Source of the DNA: a virus
Lineage: Duplodnaviria > Caudoviricetes
Strand: one strand, 5' to 3'
IMG/VR virus record: IMGVR_UViG_3300031748_000007
Location: 1-35,391 of that record
Length of the DNA stretch: 35,391 bases
Shown here piece after piece: positions 35,192-35,391 of this stretch; within the stretch, counting starts at the first letter, position 1; each line of letters begins with the position of its first letter. Below the pieces are notes generated by a model. That model worked only from the letters and a program-made list of their open reading frames with translations. It was not told the origin of the DNA and did no database searches. A program made the translations under genes and the position numbers.

Positions 35192-35391
35192 ATGTTACGG
35201 GTACTGGTCTCCACGCCGACGCTGGCGTGGGGCGTCAACGTGCCTGCCCGCCGCGTGGCGGTGCTGGGTATTCACCGTGGGATGAGCAACCGCGTCAGCC
35301 CACTGGATGTGATACAGATGACCGGGCGCGCTGGGCGCACCGGCCTGGACGAGCGGGGGGATGCCTACGTGTTCCTGCCGCGAGACACATT
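35192..35391 (+). CDS. Ski2/Hel308-like helicase, C-terminal part (3'-truncated by the window)
   Basis: Manual translation MLRVLVSTPTLAWGVNVPARRVAVLGIHRGMSNRVSPLDVIQMTGRAGRTGLDERGDAYVFLP... gives helicase motifs V and VI; has its own RBS ggaagggag. Confidence 0.9.
   Translation, partial: MLRVLVSTPTLAWGVNVPARRVAVLGIHRGMSNRVSPLDVIQMTGRAGRTGLDERGDAYVFLPRDT

Overview
High-GC (by eye about two-thirds G+C) fragment of a tailed dsDNA bacteriophage genome. All credible genes lie on the + strand. Left to right it contains five parts. (i) The 3' part of a giant Thr/Pro-rich protein with two LamG-like and two DNRLRE-like domains, probably virion or surface associated. (ii) A packaging module: a putative late activator, an HGG-motif small terminase and a gpA-family large terminase. 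(iii) A replication module: SF2 helicase, initiator-like protein, DnaC-like loader, DnaB helicase and Toprim primase. (iv) A ~1.1 kb non-coding, heavily base-paired region behind a sigma70-like promoter, followed by four type II hammerhead ribozyme folds, each directly upstream of a small gene (one membrane peptide and three paralogous basic proteins). The first hammerhead encloses a ~280-nt structured insert in stem III. (v) A long array of small early-type genes including ArdC, a TrmB-like wHTH, an HExxH protein, a methyltransferase and a SLOG protein, ending in a Ski2/Hel308-like helicase split into two genes by eight unrelated small ORFs. An oriented motif, CGTAGACCCG, is strongly enriched from 16 kb onward. 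All calls come from manual motif reading; no database searches or folding programs were run.
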